Source: Marsupella aquatica (lineage: Eukaryota > Plantae > Marchantiophyta). From it: a stretch of 64,000 bases of DNA. The stretch is taken from positions 7,303,079-7,367,078 of the forward strand of contig OZ316898.1 of assembly GCA_973895155.1 (NCBI GenBank), read 5' to 3'. The notes under the pieces were generated by a model, which worked only from the letters and a program-made list of their open reading frames with translations, searched no databases and was not told the DNA's origin. A program made the position numbers and the translations under genes. Shown here piece by piece: positions 1 through 13,258 of the stretch; within the stretch, counting starts at the first letter, position 1, and every line of letters begins with the position of its first letter.

Positions 1-49
1 GTTTAAGGTCAAGATGCTCGAATTGGATAAACCTATGGTTCCGGCTTGA
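1..49 (+). CDS. Possible 3' end of an upstream gene (…FKVKMLELDKPMVPA*), product unknown
   Basis: Open frame from base 2 to TGA at 47-49, followed by AT-rich 3'UTR-like sequence with AATAAA at ~131. Too short to identify. Confidence 0.25.
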   Translation, partial: FKVKMLELDKPMVPA

Positions 50-630
50 GTACTGTAACTGTTTCAACTTACCAATCGTTGGTGAACAGTTCTTAAATCA
101 TTCTATTGTCAATCCTGAAACTATTTATTTAATAAAAGAAGAAAAGTACTGCGTTGATCAGTTCTGCTGTAAAATTACATGGATTCTGTCATGGAGTTGT
201 CGGTTTTTTTTGTCTCGGACAGTTGTTCGATCGATCTGCTTTAATTAAATTTACATCCTTTCAATGGTTGAACAGTGAAATCGGGTTTGGTCTGGTACAA
301 CGAAGACACTGACGCTAGCAATGATTGAGACTTCTGTAGCTGGACACCGTGTTCCAATCGATTCTTCCGCATCGATCTCTACGACATTCTCTTGGGCCGC
401 CATAGATTTCAGACCTGATCTCGTACTGATGGTAAATTTCGAGGATGCCAGGCCGCCGTGTTCTTAGTTTTCTAGTTTTACGAAAGACATGATTTATAAT
501 TAATTTAGTAAGAATTAATGTTACTGTTCCGAGTGATGAGTAAATTATATGGGCTCCTCTATGTCCTCGTCTCGTTACTGTCATTGCGCTAGTGTCAAAT
601 GGCACTGAGTGACTTCTACATCGGCTGGTT

Positions 631-680
631 TGCATTCTGCCCTTGGCTTGGCTGCATTCTGCCCTTGGCTTGGCTGCATT
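631..680. repeat. 22-bp perfect tandem duplication
   Basis: TGCATTCTGCCCTTGGCTTGGC x2 plus a partial third copy. Confidence 0.9.
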
Positions 681-1565
681 AATTGGCATATTTCATCTTG
701 CTAAATTCTTGGTGAGGCCAAGCCAAATATTTGTGTAGGATATTTACGGGCAGTTGAGTCCTTAGTTTGAATGTTCTGCATTGCCCAGCCCATGCTTGAA
801 TACATTTGTGCCCATGTTGATTAATTCATGTAGTTTGGATTTATAAGAAGGATCTTAAAAAGACTTCCATGATTGAGAACTGGCTTTCGGAAACCCTGCT
901 AAGCTTGGAAAAAAAGGGACCATCAGAAAGGTTTTTAAAAATCTGATCCAAATGTATAAGAAAGGATGAAATTGAGTGTGAAATCCCAACTATAGAAGCA
1001 GCCAATGTAATGGAACTTATAAATATGGGAAAAATAAAAAGTCTGAAAGCAGTTATTGTCCTGCAGCAAAATTGATGTATTTTTTTGAAATTTTAATGAA
1101 ACATTCACTTGGACAAAGGCTGTCAGTTATGACATAACAAGAAGAACTAATACTTATGGACACGACATAAAACTTTCCTCTCTCTAACTACTTTTTCCAT
1201 TATTCACAAGGGTGGCTAATAATAGTACAGTGAATAGTAACATCAATAACTGAAGATCCCTTGAATGAACGAACCAAAGGTCAGCCAAATACGCACTCCA
1301 CAATCCACATGAACGCTACTTAGGTCCCCTGGTTGCCATCTAGGACAGACAGACAACATACCTGAATGGACCCCCGACTTATTCTAAAGCCAACTGTAAC
1401 AATTTTCACTCATTGTACATCCTAGATTCAATTTAAGAAAATATAGGTAGAAGACAATGGCCCCAAACATCATGTGAAAGCCACCCCTAAACTAGCCATC
1501 TTTACTGCATGGCAACTTTTAGATGATTGGGACCAATCTGACTCCTAAGTCAAGTCATACCTACA

Positions 1566-1860
1566 CACCAGCTAATTTTTTAGTGCAAATTTTAGCCAAA
1601 TTCCACCTCTCCAAAAAACTGTTGCCACTTTTGGCTAGTATTGGCTACATTTTCCTGACACCACTAGCCACTCTTCCACCAAATCATGTACCCCATTAGC
1701 CACCTGATTAGCCAGAATCTAACGATCCTCCTTAAATCTAGGAATATCTGAGTCACAATTTAATTCAGTAAGATCTTACAAAGAATATTTCTAGAATCTC
1801 CTCCCTAAGAGAAGCTAACATTGGCCACACTGGCTAAAAATAAAAAACCTTAAAAAATAC
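1566..1860 (+). mobile_element. Fragment of a CACC-terminated non-autonomous DNA transposon (MITE) family
   Basis: Reverse-complement similarity to 13620-13879 (e.g. CACCAGC…AGTGCAAATTT…CCACTTTTGGCTA; TTAGCCAGAATCTAACGA) and to 44020-44193. Confidence 0.6.
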
Positions 1861-2845
1861 ACTTCTACACACTTGTACTGTCTAACTTGCATTCGTTTCT
1901 CAATTTCCTAGTCAACACAAGAAAGCCCTATAATAATACGTTTCATTCATTTCGAATTCCTTGTCCTCCTGTCAGGTGAGTGTCTGCTTTTGCGGTACCA
2001 TGACCTCATCTTCGTAATTATTTTTGGTGGGGAAAGCAAACAAAAATTCCTTATAGACTTCTGTCCACTGCTCTTCGAAAGTTGCTGAACATAATCATAT
2101 TTTCGAAGTCTGCGGCAGAGCTCGAGATATTTTGATAAAGTAAGATTGATGTTCAGCGGATTACTATTGTAGAAACTGACTGTATCAACTTACTAAAGCT
2201 GTAGGTCAGCGTTCATGCCAAACAAACAGAGCGACAAATTTGTGGACGTCAGATTCTCAGTCAACTCCCATATGTGATATCAGTATGTCACATCACATTT
2301 ATCCTTCAATAAAATATCAGTTGACAAAATGGTTGGCCTGAGCAGATAGTCAGTCAACTCTGATATTTGATCGTCATTCTGATGAAAGTAAAGTGAAGAC
2401 CGTCTCAACGGCGTCCCCTACTGTACTTTTCGTACCCCGTGGTTTGAAATTGGTTCTCAGGTGATGAGCAACGTGTCATTCTGGTGCTGGTCTTATTTAG
2501 TCGGTTTCCGATTTAGTGGCCAAAACTCTCAGCAAGACAAAGAGCACGGTCTAGGAGAAATTTGAACCATAAAGAACGTGGAGAAGGGAAGCTTCGAACG
2601 GACTGGAGGCAACAATCGCTAGAGTTTGCAAATGAATTATTAATAGTGCGTCAGGTAGTATAAAAATCATTTGGAACTTGAGGCCGTTGCGGCAATATTT
2701 ATATTATAGCACCTACTCTCGAGCTAACTTTGACATGCAGGCGGACAATCATCAAGACAGATTCTAAGCTCTCACAGAAGCAGCAGACGAATAGGGGAAA
2801 GGATGAGAGTCGCATAGCTCGTGCCGATGTGGAGTAACAGAAATA

Positions 2846-3060
2846 GAGAGTGAATGATGGTATTGTCAAACGTGTGCACTTTCTCGTGCAGAATGACACG
2901 AAGCAGACAATCTTGGCAGAGCTACTGTTGTTGAGTACGATCGATGCTTAAAATTGAATGCACCATAGTAGAGTGAATGATGGTATTCGCAAACATGTGC
3001 ACTTTCTCTTGCACATTGACACGAGTTAGACAACCTTGACAGAGTTACTATTGTTGAGTA
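2846..3060. repeat. Diverged ~90-bp direct repeat, two copies ~123 bp apart
   Basis: AGAGTGAATGATGGTATT…GTGCACTTTCTC…TTGTTGAGTA occurs twice. Confidence 0.8.
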
Positions 3061-4899
3061 TAATGTTGAACATGGAGGGAACCAGAAATTTTATAGTGGC
3101 AAAAACTTAGCTACATTACACTCTCTAAAAGTCACTTCCATGCTGTTGACTCAAAAGTTTGGTAGGTCTTCTCTCTCGGGGATTCACTTTATGAAATTGT
3201 TGTATACCATGTGTGAATGCCCCTATTTAGACACTCTCTCAAAAAGGAACAGGAAGCTCAAAAAATCCACCACGCCTGGCAAGCAATGAATCATGGAATG
3301 ACAAAGCAATGAATGGTGTAATGACAAGTGACACTTTTTGAATTTGCACCCCTTACTTTCTTGCTACTTCTAAATACTTCCTTAAAATGAATAAAACGCC
3401 CCTTACTTCATTCACACATGATCTCAACAATGATCTCAACAATTGTGGAATTGAATCCCTAGGGTCTTGTGTCTTCCAAGAGCCAGTTTCTCACAGAGTC
3501 CCATTTCAGTGAAAACTTTAGCTGTAGTAGATGTACACCGCTAAAATTTGCTAGGTTTGATGTACACCGCTAAAATTTGCTAGGTTTTTTGTCTGCAACT
3601 AGCCAATTTTCCATCCACGGCGGTCACATTTTAGTGGTCACAGTTTAGTGGCAAAAACAACTAGATTATACCTCTAAAACGTATTCCCCACTTTAGACAC
3701 TAAAATTTGCTGGGTTCTCTGTCTCTCATTTGCCAGTGTCTCACCTGGACTCAAACCCCATCACCCAGAATCTACGGCCATCATCCTTAAATATATGACT
3801 ATCAGAAATTGATCTAGGGAAATTGGATATATACTGAATATTCCTAGCAACCTCTTCTTGAGATAAGATGATATTCTCTCACAGCTGCTAGTAAAAAAAA
3901 CCTTAAAATTAGGGTGGAGTGCATTCCTCCTCATCAGTGTCATTCCCTAGCCTCTTCCAAAGCTAATGTAATCCCCAAAGTCTCCAAGGGCAAGTAAAAA
4001 TTATTATACTAGCCCTCGGTTGTGTCCCTGGGACTTGAACCTGGTAACTTGCTCACTGATCAGGCTGGAGGGTGAAACTCTATCGACACACAACACAGGG
4101 CTTATGTGGAAGGAAATTGCCCTTGGCCATATTTCATTTTAGTTATAGCTTTATTATATTTATATGCTCAAACACTCAAGCATTACTAACAATCTTCGGA
4201 TCCAAATGCTACAGTCAGTGTGAATTTCTTGTTTAGGATATAAACTTGGGTCATTCAACATAATACCGTTGCTATGTTGAGTCGTTCCACATAATACCGT
4301 GCTGGGTTCTATTTTCAATCCCCCTTACTGCCAGTTACAGGTATGGTTCCGCTGTCCTGTCACTAGATTTTGGTTTCCGTCTTTTCCAGACAACAACAAA
4401 ACAAAAACTTCGTACTGCCCAGCAATGTAGTCAACTCGCCGCCACATTGCTAGAGGTTGAACGACAGCTTCAAGCTATCCCTAACCACTTCGAAAAATCT
4501 AGAAGACTCCTTCAAATAGTGAGAAGGCTCTGACTCAACTCTCTTGTTGCTAAACGGGTATAGACAGTCACGGACTGCCAACACATCACACCTCCTTTGC
4601 GCCATACAACCGACTCAAAGAATGTAGACACACTAGTTTACTATTTTTGGGTCAAGGGAATCTAGCAAAAGGAGCTCCAACACACATCATGCTAATCAAG
4701 TGGACGGATATTGTTCGAGTGGGAACTCATGTGTTAACAGGACTTTGGGGACCACGTAACAAAGATGCTCTGACTGGAGCAACTGAGTCAGTCACTCAGA
4801 ATTGGCGGGCCACATCTCACATCGAGATTGTCTCCTAGCTAGATTTGTTCTGGTTTCACTTTTCTTTTTTTTGTCTTGAACCCAAATGGGGAGTAAATA

Positions 4900-6050
4900 T
4901 AATTAGACTGCCCCATCCCAATGTGACAGTTTTTTCTAGGGACCATCCCAATGTGACAGTTTTTTCTAGGGACCCCAGACCAGGGTGAGCCCCAATGACC
5001 AGGGTGAGCCCCAATGGATCCTGGAACCTATAGGGACCCACAAGGCAGATCTATCCCCTTCCCATGTGGGACATACTCCCATTTTGTTGAGGTTTCTCCT
5101 ATCATTTTGACAAATAAGTAGGAGAACGCGCAAAGTGGTAGAATTGCATACATTCCCTCTTCTGAATATAGGAGCTTCTCCGAGTTCTGATTTAAAGTGG
5201 GACCCCACGTTGGAATTAAATTTCCCAGTATGTTATGTAGTAATTCCTGAGGATATCTTTGGGTACTTTTAATACTTTTAAGTGGAACAAGGTACGTGTA
5301 TTGTTTATGTAGACTGTTAGGTAATGATTCATGCATCATTACCCATTTAGAATTCATTGACACAATTTTTATAGCCCAAATTGACGCTCTGGTTGAAGAT
5401 TTATGAGCAGTTTTAGTGTTTGTAGGTAAGTATACAAATTCCTGTCTGAACACAAGAGAATTGGCAGAAACCCACTTATTACCAAAGGAGAATACAAATA
5501 CTCTACTATTGTCTTTTTTGTAAGTAGGACTTAAGAACACCAATAACAAACTAGGTAAAAGTCACACATAAGGTAGGATAAATTTGATTTCCGACAGGGG
5601 CATGTGACAGTTTTTCCCTGTGACCTGCACCAGGAAGGAGAGACTATTATAAATCAGGGTCACAAAGTGGACTACCTGGGGCCGGGCCGAGCAGATAATC
5701 AGAACTCCAATCCATTACCCACAAAACCCATCCCACCCACACACATATACCCTCCATACCCAAGTGTGTGAGGAGGAAATACAATTAGACTCCCCCATCC
5801 CAATGTGACACCGTTTTTGTAGGGAACCCATACCAGGGTGAACCCCAATGGATCCTACAGGACCCCCACCTGGAAGGAGAGAGGATTATAAATCAAGGGG
5901 CAGGGCAGATAATCAGAACTCCAATCCACTACCCACTCAACACATCCCACTCACACACATATACCCTCCAAACCTAAGTGTGTGGAGGGGGGATTGATCT
6001 TGGGACCTCTCATTTCAAGGCAAATCCCCTAGCCAATTGGTTTTGGTTTT
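4900..6050 (-). mobile_element. Repeat cluster with internal duplications and a tRNA-derived SINE-like head at its right end
   Basis: 30-bp tandem CCATCCCAATGTGACAGTTTTTTCTAGGGA; duplicated block ~5630-5780/5870-5990; degenerate B-box-like head at ~5990-6045 on the minus strand resembling 36160-36300. Confidence 0.4.
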
Positions 6051-7412
6051 ATTTTGATATAGGGTTGGTTTCGCTGCCCAATTAAACTTAGCTACTGCCA
6101 TATTTCTTTTTAGAATCTACTGAGAAAATCTGTTAATTCCCACCTTCACGATAGTTCAAAGCACGGGAACGCGGACTCAGTAAACTGCGGTGTGGTGTTA
6201 CCAAAATCCTTAGACGGCTTTTCTTGTGCAGATGCCGTTCAGAAAATAAATAAATTCCTCAACAGGTCGACTTTTGTACGCCCGGCGCGTTGTTGGGCGA
6301 ACTATTTTTAGACAATTAGGATAGGTTACTCTGAGCAGTTTGCTTGTGATGACTGATCATTTTCGAGTACCTCTATTGCCTGGAAAAGTGTGCAACGCGG
6401 GCCCCCGAACGTAGAGAAAGATTTTAAAAGCGCAAATTCGAGTGTTGCTCAATCCCTCAGCGATGGAGCGAACTCTACGTGTAAGCTCCCCATTCGCCCA
6501 GACGGTCCCTCCAGGCAGCAAACTAGAATTTGCAGCTGGAAGCGACACGGTTGTTTATAAAGGAAGCTGAACATATATTGCTTTTTCATGGGAAATTGCT
6601 TGAAGTTCTTGAAGAGTACGTTTCCTCCGACAAAAATTCAAGCCCAGTCATTCTTCACTACTATAGTCAAGACTTCTTTGATTGGATTGAGTACCCCCTA
6701 CCTCCCAACTGAAGTGTATGAATGAGCATTCGATAGTTATAATATACCACGATCCCGACCATGATCCACTTCTCGGTCACGCTAGCCTCTCAAAATTTTA
6801 ACCCCCTTGTGATTGACATTGGGAGAAGTTTGCAAGTTTGCCAGTTTTATTATATATTAGCAATATCCATTATCTATTAATGTAATTTATGATGGATATA
6901 ACTCTCATCTGATGTTAGAGGTGAATATGCTGTAACTTGCCAAAATGGGTTAATCCAAACAGTTTTATCGAACTTCCTCAAGGTGCGGACTACCTGAGGA
7001 CGTTCGATAATCCAAGGGGTAGAATCAGTGAAGCCAGGTGATCTTCAGAGGTTTACTTTTCTCTAAACGCCGTTAACTAATGTGATGAAGATGCATAATT
7101 ATTCACACACACCTTTGCATGTTGAGCTCGTTTCACATTTATGTGTGGTGATCGAGGTAGCTAACTTCCAATCTGACGTTCCTGTGGAGGACAACCTAGG
7201 GCAGACAGGGTCAAGTCGTGGTATCGTTGACCATCTGAGCTCGAGATCATCGAACCCCCGTATCGAACATCGTCAGGTGCAAAGTAAATGCCTGCATGGG
7301 GGCCGCGATGACAGCGTACGTAAGTGCCGTGAATGTCGAAGGATGGGTACTTGGCAGTGTTCCTAAGTACTCGGTGTCCTCTTTCTGCTGGCTTTGCCCT
7401 CGCATTCACGCG

Positions 7413-7420
7413 TATAAATA
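7413..7420 (+). promoter_or_regulatory. TATA box upstream of Cys-motif gene A
   Basis: TATAAATA about 420 bp upstream of ATG 7832. Confidence 0.45.
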
Positions 7421-7831
7421 GCTCAGGCCCAGAGCGGCTTAGCATTGTCTATGCACCGTGTTTGTCGAGAGATTAGTCGTGTTTGTCGAGAGTCACATCC
7501 ATTCTCACGGAGGGCGATCTTGGGTAGAGCTGAGGCTGAGTTGCACTGTGCGTGTTAGCATATCGAAATTGAGCTTCATAGTCCCCTTGAAGATAGATCC
7601 CACAGAGTCAAGGCAGTCTTGGGAAGAGCTGAGCTTCCGCATCGATTTATCGAGAGTGTTAGCATACCGACTCTTAATTACTGGACCTGTGAAGCCATCG
7701 ATTCTTTCTCGATCACGGCGGGCGTTTTAGAGAAGAGCTGACCTTCCGACGTGAAGCAAGGGCGTCTCACCTGAAGTGCTCAGATTCTCGGTCGTCAAAT
7801 ATACATCACACGAGCCTTTCAGTCTTGCAAC

Positions 7832-8626
7832 ATGGCCTTGCGTGGGGACAACGCGGTTTATGGATGTTTCACAGATTCGGATGTTGTTCCGGACGGCTAT
7901 CGCCCTAAGTGCCCTTCATGCGGAGAAAAACATTGTTGGTAGGTGCATGACATACGTATCGTCAGGTCCGAGGCGTAGGTTTCAGATCTGGTCAATTCGC
8001 GCTCAAGCATCGATCGAACTTGTCCGATTAAGCCAGTTCGACAAGTTCAGCGCGAAGTACTCCCAGCTTGCATTTTTGATAATTTAGTTTACAAGTCCGT
8101 CCTTTATTTGTGTTCTGCATAATCCCGTAGTTGTCAATTCAGCTCTAATTGATTCTGGCGCCTTCCATGCGTGCAGCTGCGATGTTAACGAAAGTTGCGG
8201 AAACGGATTTGGCGAGGGACCGTCTTCGGAGAGTTGTTCAGTTCATATGGGACAAGGTAATTAAAGTTCCCGCGTTTGCTACGATGGGACTATCGATTAA
8301 ACGTTCGCTTCATTATTTGCATTCTTCAAATTAAATGTGGTTTTGTTCAAGAGATCATTGTGGATCTTCGAGCCACAGAATTGTGCGAGGTCTTCGAATC
8401 CGCGATCAGTATAGACATCTCTGATATGCTAGGCACGATCCGCGGGCTCGAGAAGTTTTTGGCCGTTCTCGACTTTCACAAGAGAGAAAACAAGGCTCAA
8501 GATGTACGAATGATCGAAGTTGTCCCATTGAATCCAGGTTTTCCATGCTAACAAGTGTTAATTTCATATCTGTATGATGTAGGCTCGTGGCATGGAGATG
8601 TTGGCGGCACAGGTGTCGATCAGTGA
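7832..8626 (+). CDS. Small Cys-motif protein, paralog A, 76 aa; exons 7832-7938, 8177-8256, 8583-8626: MALRGDNAVYGCFTDSDVVPDGYRPKCPSCGEKHCCCDVNESCGNGFGEGPSSESCSVHMGQGSWHGDVGGTGVDQ
   Basis: Manual splicing: TG|GTAGGT…GTGCAG|CTGC and CAAG|GTAATT…ATGTAG|GC give one open frame. GYRPKC matches GRRPKC of paralog C. Intron 1 is at the same codon and phase as in paralogs B and C. Confidence 0.7.
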
Positions 8627-8772
8627 AGTAACCGAGCTTGGAGGCCAATTCACTCACTATGACGGGTGATCACATGAATCAATGATGATGGAGGCTCGAG
8701 GTCTCTCGTCTGGTTGAAATGATATTAGATTACGTAGGGATCTAGATTTCGTTCACATGTTGAAAGCCAGAC

Positions 8773-8854
8773 ACTGCAGGTAGATCGACACAGGCTATGA
8801 GAGTCCTTGATGGACTGCAGGTAGATCGACACAGGCTATGAGAGTCCTTGATGG
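8773..8854. repeat. 41-bp perfect tandem duplication
   Basis: ACTGCAGGTAGATCGACACAGGCTATGAGAGTCCTTGATGG x2. Confidence 0.9.
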
Positions 8855-10081
8855 AGCTATGTAATTAGTAGTACAGCTGTACACTCCACCACCAATTCCT
8901 CTATATGTAGATTTCTAAGTCCGACTGAGGTGCAGTGTGCATTCACTGTTAATGTATTTGTCCATAGATACAGACCACGTGGCTACTAGCTAAGTATCTC
9001 GATAGTTTCCGTCGATTACCACTATTGACGTTTTCAACAAACATAATGAACAGCATGTATATTTGGAAGTGATCTTCAGTATTTCGCTTGCATGATCGCC
9101 TCAACAGCCTACTATTGGTTTTGGTTTCCATGAAGTTGCTAATTTCTCTGACTCCTGAGGCCCTGTTGCGTCACGGGCTACGTGACTCGATCCTCTTCCT
9201 TAGTCCCTCATGTGACCTGCCTCGATCAAGTCGTCTCTGAATTTGACGACCTGAACTTATCTTGATCTGCATGGGTTCTAGCGATCTAAACTTACTCTCC
9301 ATTCATTTGTTTCAAGTTGTGTTCAGATCTTTATATTTGCACTTTTTCCAGATTTTGTAACAGCTCGCAATTTGAGTCGAGCTTATCTTGCGAAGCGATG
9401 TTTCTGATATCGATGAAGCAAAGGCTAGGTATTCTTATTGATTCGAACATGATTCTTAAGACCCACAGCGGTATTACAAGATGATGAGGGGCAGAGTTCT
9501 TGACGCGTGTACTATGAGGAGTGTTCGATCACCAATATCAGTGCAGCCCATGCATTAACGCACGGTGCATCCTAGTTTGTACCACTGCATTGATGCACAA
9601 ATTCAAGGGCAACATCTAAGTCGAGAAGTACCAATCAGATCCTGTAAATTTCGCGTCGTCAAATTCAGAGACTGCGGACCGTGCTTTTGCCCAGCAGAAG
9701 CTGAGAAGACCATAGCGACTACAAGACTCATTTGTCAAGGACCACGTGTACAGTTAGAATTTCGCCCAACTTCCACTGTCGTTGCCCACTGTGTGTAGCA
9801 AATCAGATTGAAGGAGATGATCGCACCTTGCGAATTGTCTGGCCTGCATTAAATTTTCTGTAGGCCCTTGTCTGCACTTCCGACAAGAAATAGTTGAAGC
9901 CTACATCCTTCAAAGAGCACGAGAATATAGCTCTAAACTGCCCCAGGGCCCTCTGGCTTGCTGATGCTTGTAGGGTACGATTGAGAATACTATTAATGTC
10001 GGTAGCACTCGAGTTTCGGACAACGAAACATGAGCGCGATTGATCAATGCTGCCTTTTCCGACATTTCGTGATTCTTGTAG

Positions 10082-10781
10082 CGGTCAAATCAGTACCCGG
10101 TTTGGACTAGTACCCGGTTTGGACTTGCCCGGCAAATAGACCCTTCGGAGGCCGTCAACCGGTAAGTCGACACCCGGCCTCTCCCGGTCTCGATCCCCCG
10201 GTCCCAGTCCGGCCCAGCCATGACCTCCCGGCCCCATCACCCGGTCTCGTTTCCCTTTTGTTTCCTCCGTCCCGGCCCCGGTCCCCGGTCCTGGCCCGAG
10301 CACATCCCCCGGCCCCGGGTCCCTGCTCCCACATCTCCCGGCCTGCGGTCCCGGCTCGGACATCCCCCGGCTCCCGGTCCTGGCCTCCCCTCCTCACCCG
10401 GCCCTCCTCACCCTCCCTCACCCTGACCCGGGCCTCCTCACCCTCCCCTCCTCCCCTCCCCTCCCCTCCCCCCACCCGGACCCGGCCCAGCCCGGCCTCC
10501 CCTCCCCTCCCCGGACCCAGGCCTCCTCACCTTCCCCTCCTCCCCTCCCCTCCCCTCCTCCCACCTGGACCCGGCCCGGCCCCGGACCCGGCCTGCCCCT
10601 TCCCGCCCCCGGCTGCTGTTTGGCCGGGTCCGGGTCCGGGAAGGGGCCGGGCCGGGGAATAAGATGGAATATGCGTCAAATAGAGGCATTTTGGTCCGGC
10701 AAATACCGAGTTTACGTGCCAAGCAACTCGGCAAGTTGCCCATCACTTCAAACCCGGAATCAGTAGCCTTAAGTTTGACCG
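10082..10781. mobile_element. GC-rich low-complexity insert with short inverted termini (putative non-autonomous DNA transposon)
   Basis: CGGTCAAA (10082) and TTTGACCG (10774-10781) termini; core 10175-10660 is C-rich with many CCGG and CCCT(C) repeats. No TSD found. Confidence 0.4.
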
Positions 10782-13258
10782 GAAGCCCAGAAGAACTTCT
10801 TAGAAAGCACAAATTTTCTTTTGTCCGTAATCTTTTGTCGGGAACTCCTACAATATATCGTTCTAATAACTTATCGGTAAGTTGTTGAGCAGTTCCTCAT
10901 ATCGGGATAATTACATGTCTGATTGATATTACTTAGAGTATCCAAGATCCAATGTGTTGGTGGTAGGTTCTGTTACCTTTTCTGGAAGACTCAAGACAGC
11001 ATACCTAATACAACCAAAACTTACGCGTCAGTGATGCATAGATGGATGGATTCCTCTGACTTAGAAAACCTCCGTTTTGAGCTTTTGATTATCTGACGAA
11101 TCTCCTCTCAAGGTGGTTTAAGGGCCGACGAAATTTTCTATTGACCAAACGAACTAGTCCGATCCTCAAAGAAATTCTCCCGGGGACAGGGAAGAAGGGC
11201 CAGTTTGGAAGTTATGAAGGCCAGTTGGAGGTAACAAAGGCAAGTTTGAGGTTGGGATGGCCGTCTTAAAACAAACACAATGGTCATAATACTCCAGAAG
11301 CTTGCAAATTAGTAGCCCTTCTAGCAGAGAATATATGTTTCATGGTGGTGCAATTCCCATCAACTTTGATTTGTATACACCTAAATGCCGAACTCATGTG
11401 TCAATTGTGTTGCCCAAGGAAGGGAAAGGAGTTGAAAGGGAGAAACTTGAGCAGAAAGCGGATGCAAGCATTCTGCGATTCTGCTGCCACGGGTTAGAAG
11501 AGCTCTTACCATCCGTACTATTTATGCCCCCTAAGGACTAAGTTGCCATATCTCTAGGAGTTTTGTTGATGAATAAAAAATACTTGTTAATAATTCACAC
11601 TGAAATCCCTGCAAGATTCTAGACTTTGTATCTTTTGTCTTTTTGGAAGCGAATGCCCAGCACATGCTATGCGAGTCAGGGCAACTTGAGACTTGTTCTA
11701 CTTGTCTCCTGCTAAAGAAAGTATAATTTCAACTTGCATAAAGTTTGGGTTTGTATACAAGTGGGAAGACAGGAGAAAAATAATAATGAACAATAGGAGT
11801 AAAAAATCTTCCAGGGATTGCAGTGTTATTGCCCTTCAAATTCAACATGTCTTATTGATTAAAAAGTGAGCCTCCATCAGGTTGGGCTTATGACATGTGT
11901 TACTTTGTAAGTTGTCACGTGAATGTCGATTATGTCCATGCACTAGTAGCTACTGTACTACTTAGTTATCTTAGTATCTATTTCATTTTGGAAGTTTGCG
12001 ATTAGTAAGTCTTGCTAAGTATTGTACCTTAGTTCACAAAATCACGCATTCCTGGACTGTTAGAATAATTTTTTGCAACTACCAGTTGAATGTGGGCCAT
12101 TCCCAACATTATTAAATTAATAAACTGTCTACTGTCTGCGAACCTTTACAGTTTGACCTTTAAATTTTTTAATCATTTTCCTTTCCTTTTATTATTAGAA
12201 GTTGTGTGCATTCCTCTCAAATTAGGTGGAGGCTGGACTATGGTGACCTTAAAAGAATTCGAACCCAGGAATAACCATCCTACTGTACCTTGTAGCAACG
12301 TTTTCTAAAGGCCTTGCTAAAAGCCAGTTTCCCCTAAAACAAACATGAAATCATTGCTTTACAAGTTGTCGGATAGACATCCTTGGAGTAGTCAGTCGCT
12401 TCGAGACTAGTATTCCTTTGGTTCCAGCCGAGAGTTAATTGCTCAGGTGACCCACATCGAAGATCTTTCTTATTTGGGACCTCAGTAGTGGAACTCTTCA
12501 TCTTGCCGACGTGCCTTAATTGCAAACATATTCAATGGCGTGCACCACACGTCCATAGCTATGACACCATTCAAAGCGACAAACCAGGCAGCCAAATCCA
12601 ACTGCCTATGACAAGCGCGGGCTGCGCCACCGATCTCACGGCACTATAGATCACTGTCAGATCGGTGTCTGGTCGTGGAGACAAGCAAAAAAACAAATTC
12701 GGTAGCCAAGGGTTGTCGCACTGAGTAAAACGAACGCCTGCTGTGCATGTAGAAAAATTTGGACGATCCAGCAAAGCAATGGATAGGAGGCGGACTTCGC
12801 CTCATTTTCGTTTTGCATCGATCAATGAGTTGATACTATTGCCTTTGCTTGTTTGATACCAAAACTATACCGCGAACTAAAGCAGCTCGCAATTGCAACC
12901 CCACTGGAAACCTTTGAATCTATCAGCACCTGGGTCAAGCGCAGTCCGCCCTTCTTCGACCAGTCAGCCTTCCCTTCAGCGTTTCTTGTGACCACCCGAA
13001 TTCAGATAAGAAATACTTTGAGCATCTTCTCCTTCACACTCACTGAACATTCGCCACTCTGGCGAAAAAGTAAAACCCTGAACGCTACCACCGAAAGCAA
13101 AGTAGAAGACAGAAACAAATCTAGAATCTCTTGACTAACGGGAGTATTGTGATCACTGGTGCCCTTGAATCCTGTGTACGCGCACGTGCATTTTTTTGCA
13201 TGAAACGAGAATTGGGACACTATTGAGCACGTTGCATGCTAAGAGCTAATGTACGTAG

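Noticed and set aside
4010-4140. tRNA gene suggested by B-box-like GGTTCAAGTCCC on the minus strand (likewise 36160-36300)
   Set aside because: No cloverleaf or acceptor stem could be built; more likely tRNA-derived repeat remnants.
10085-10812. Pro-rich and Gly/Arg-rich ORFs resembling extensin or collagen
   Set aside because: Open in several frames on both strands because of GC-rich low complexity; no signal peptide, SPPPP periodicity or credible ATG context.
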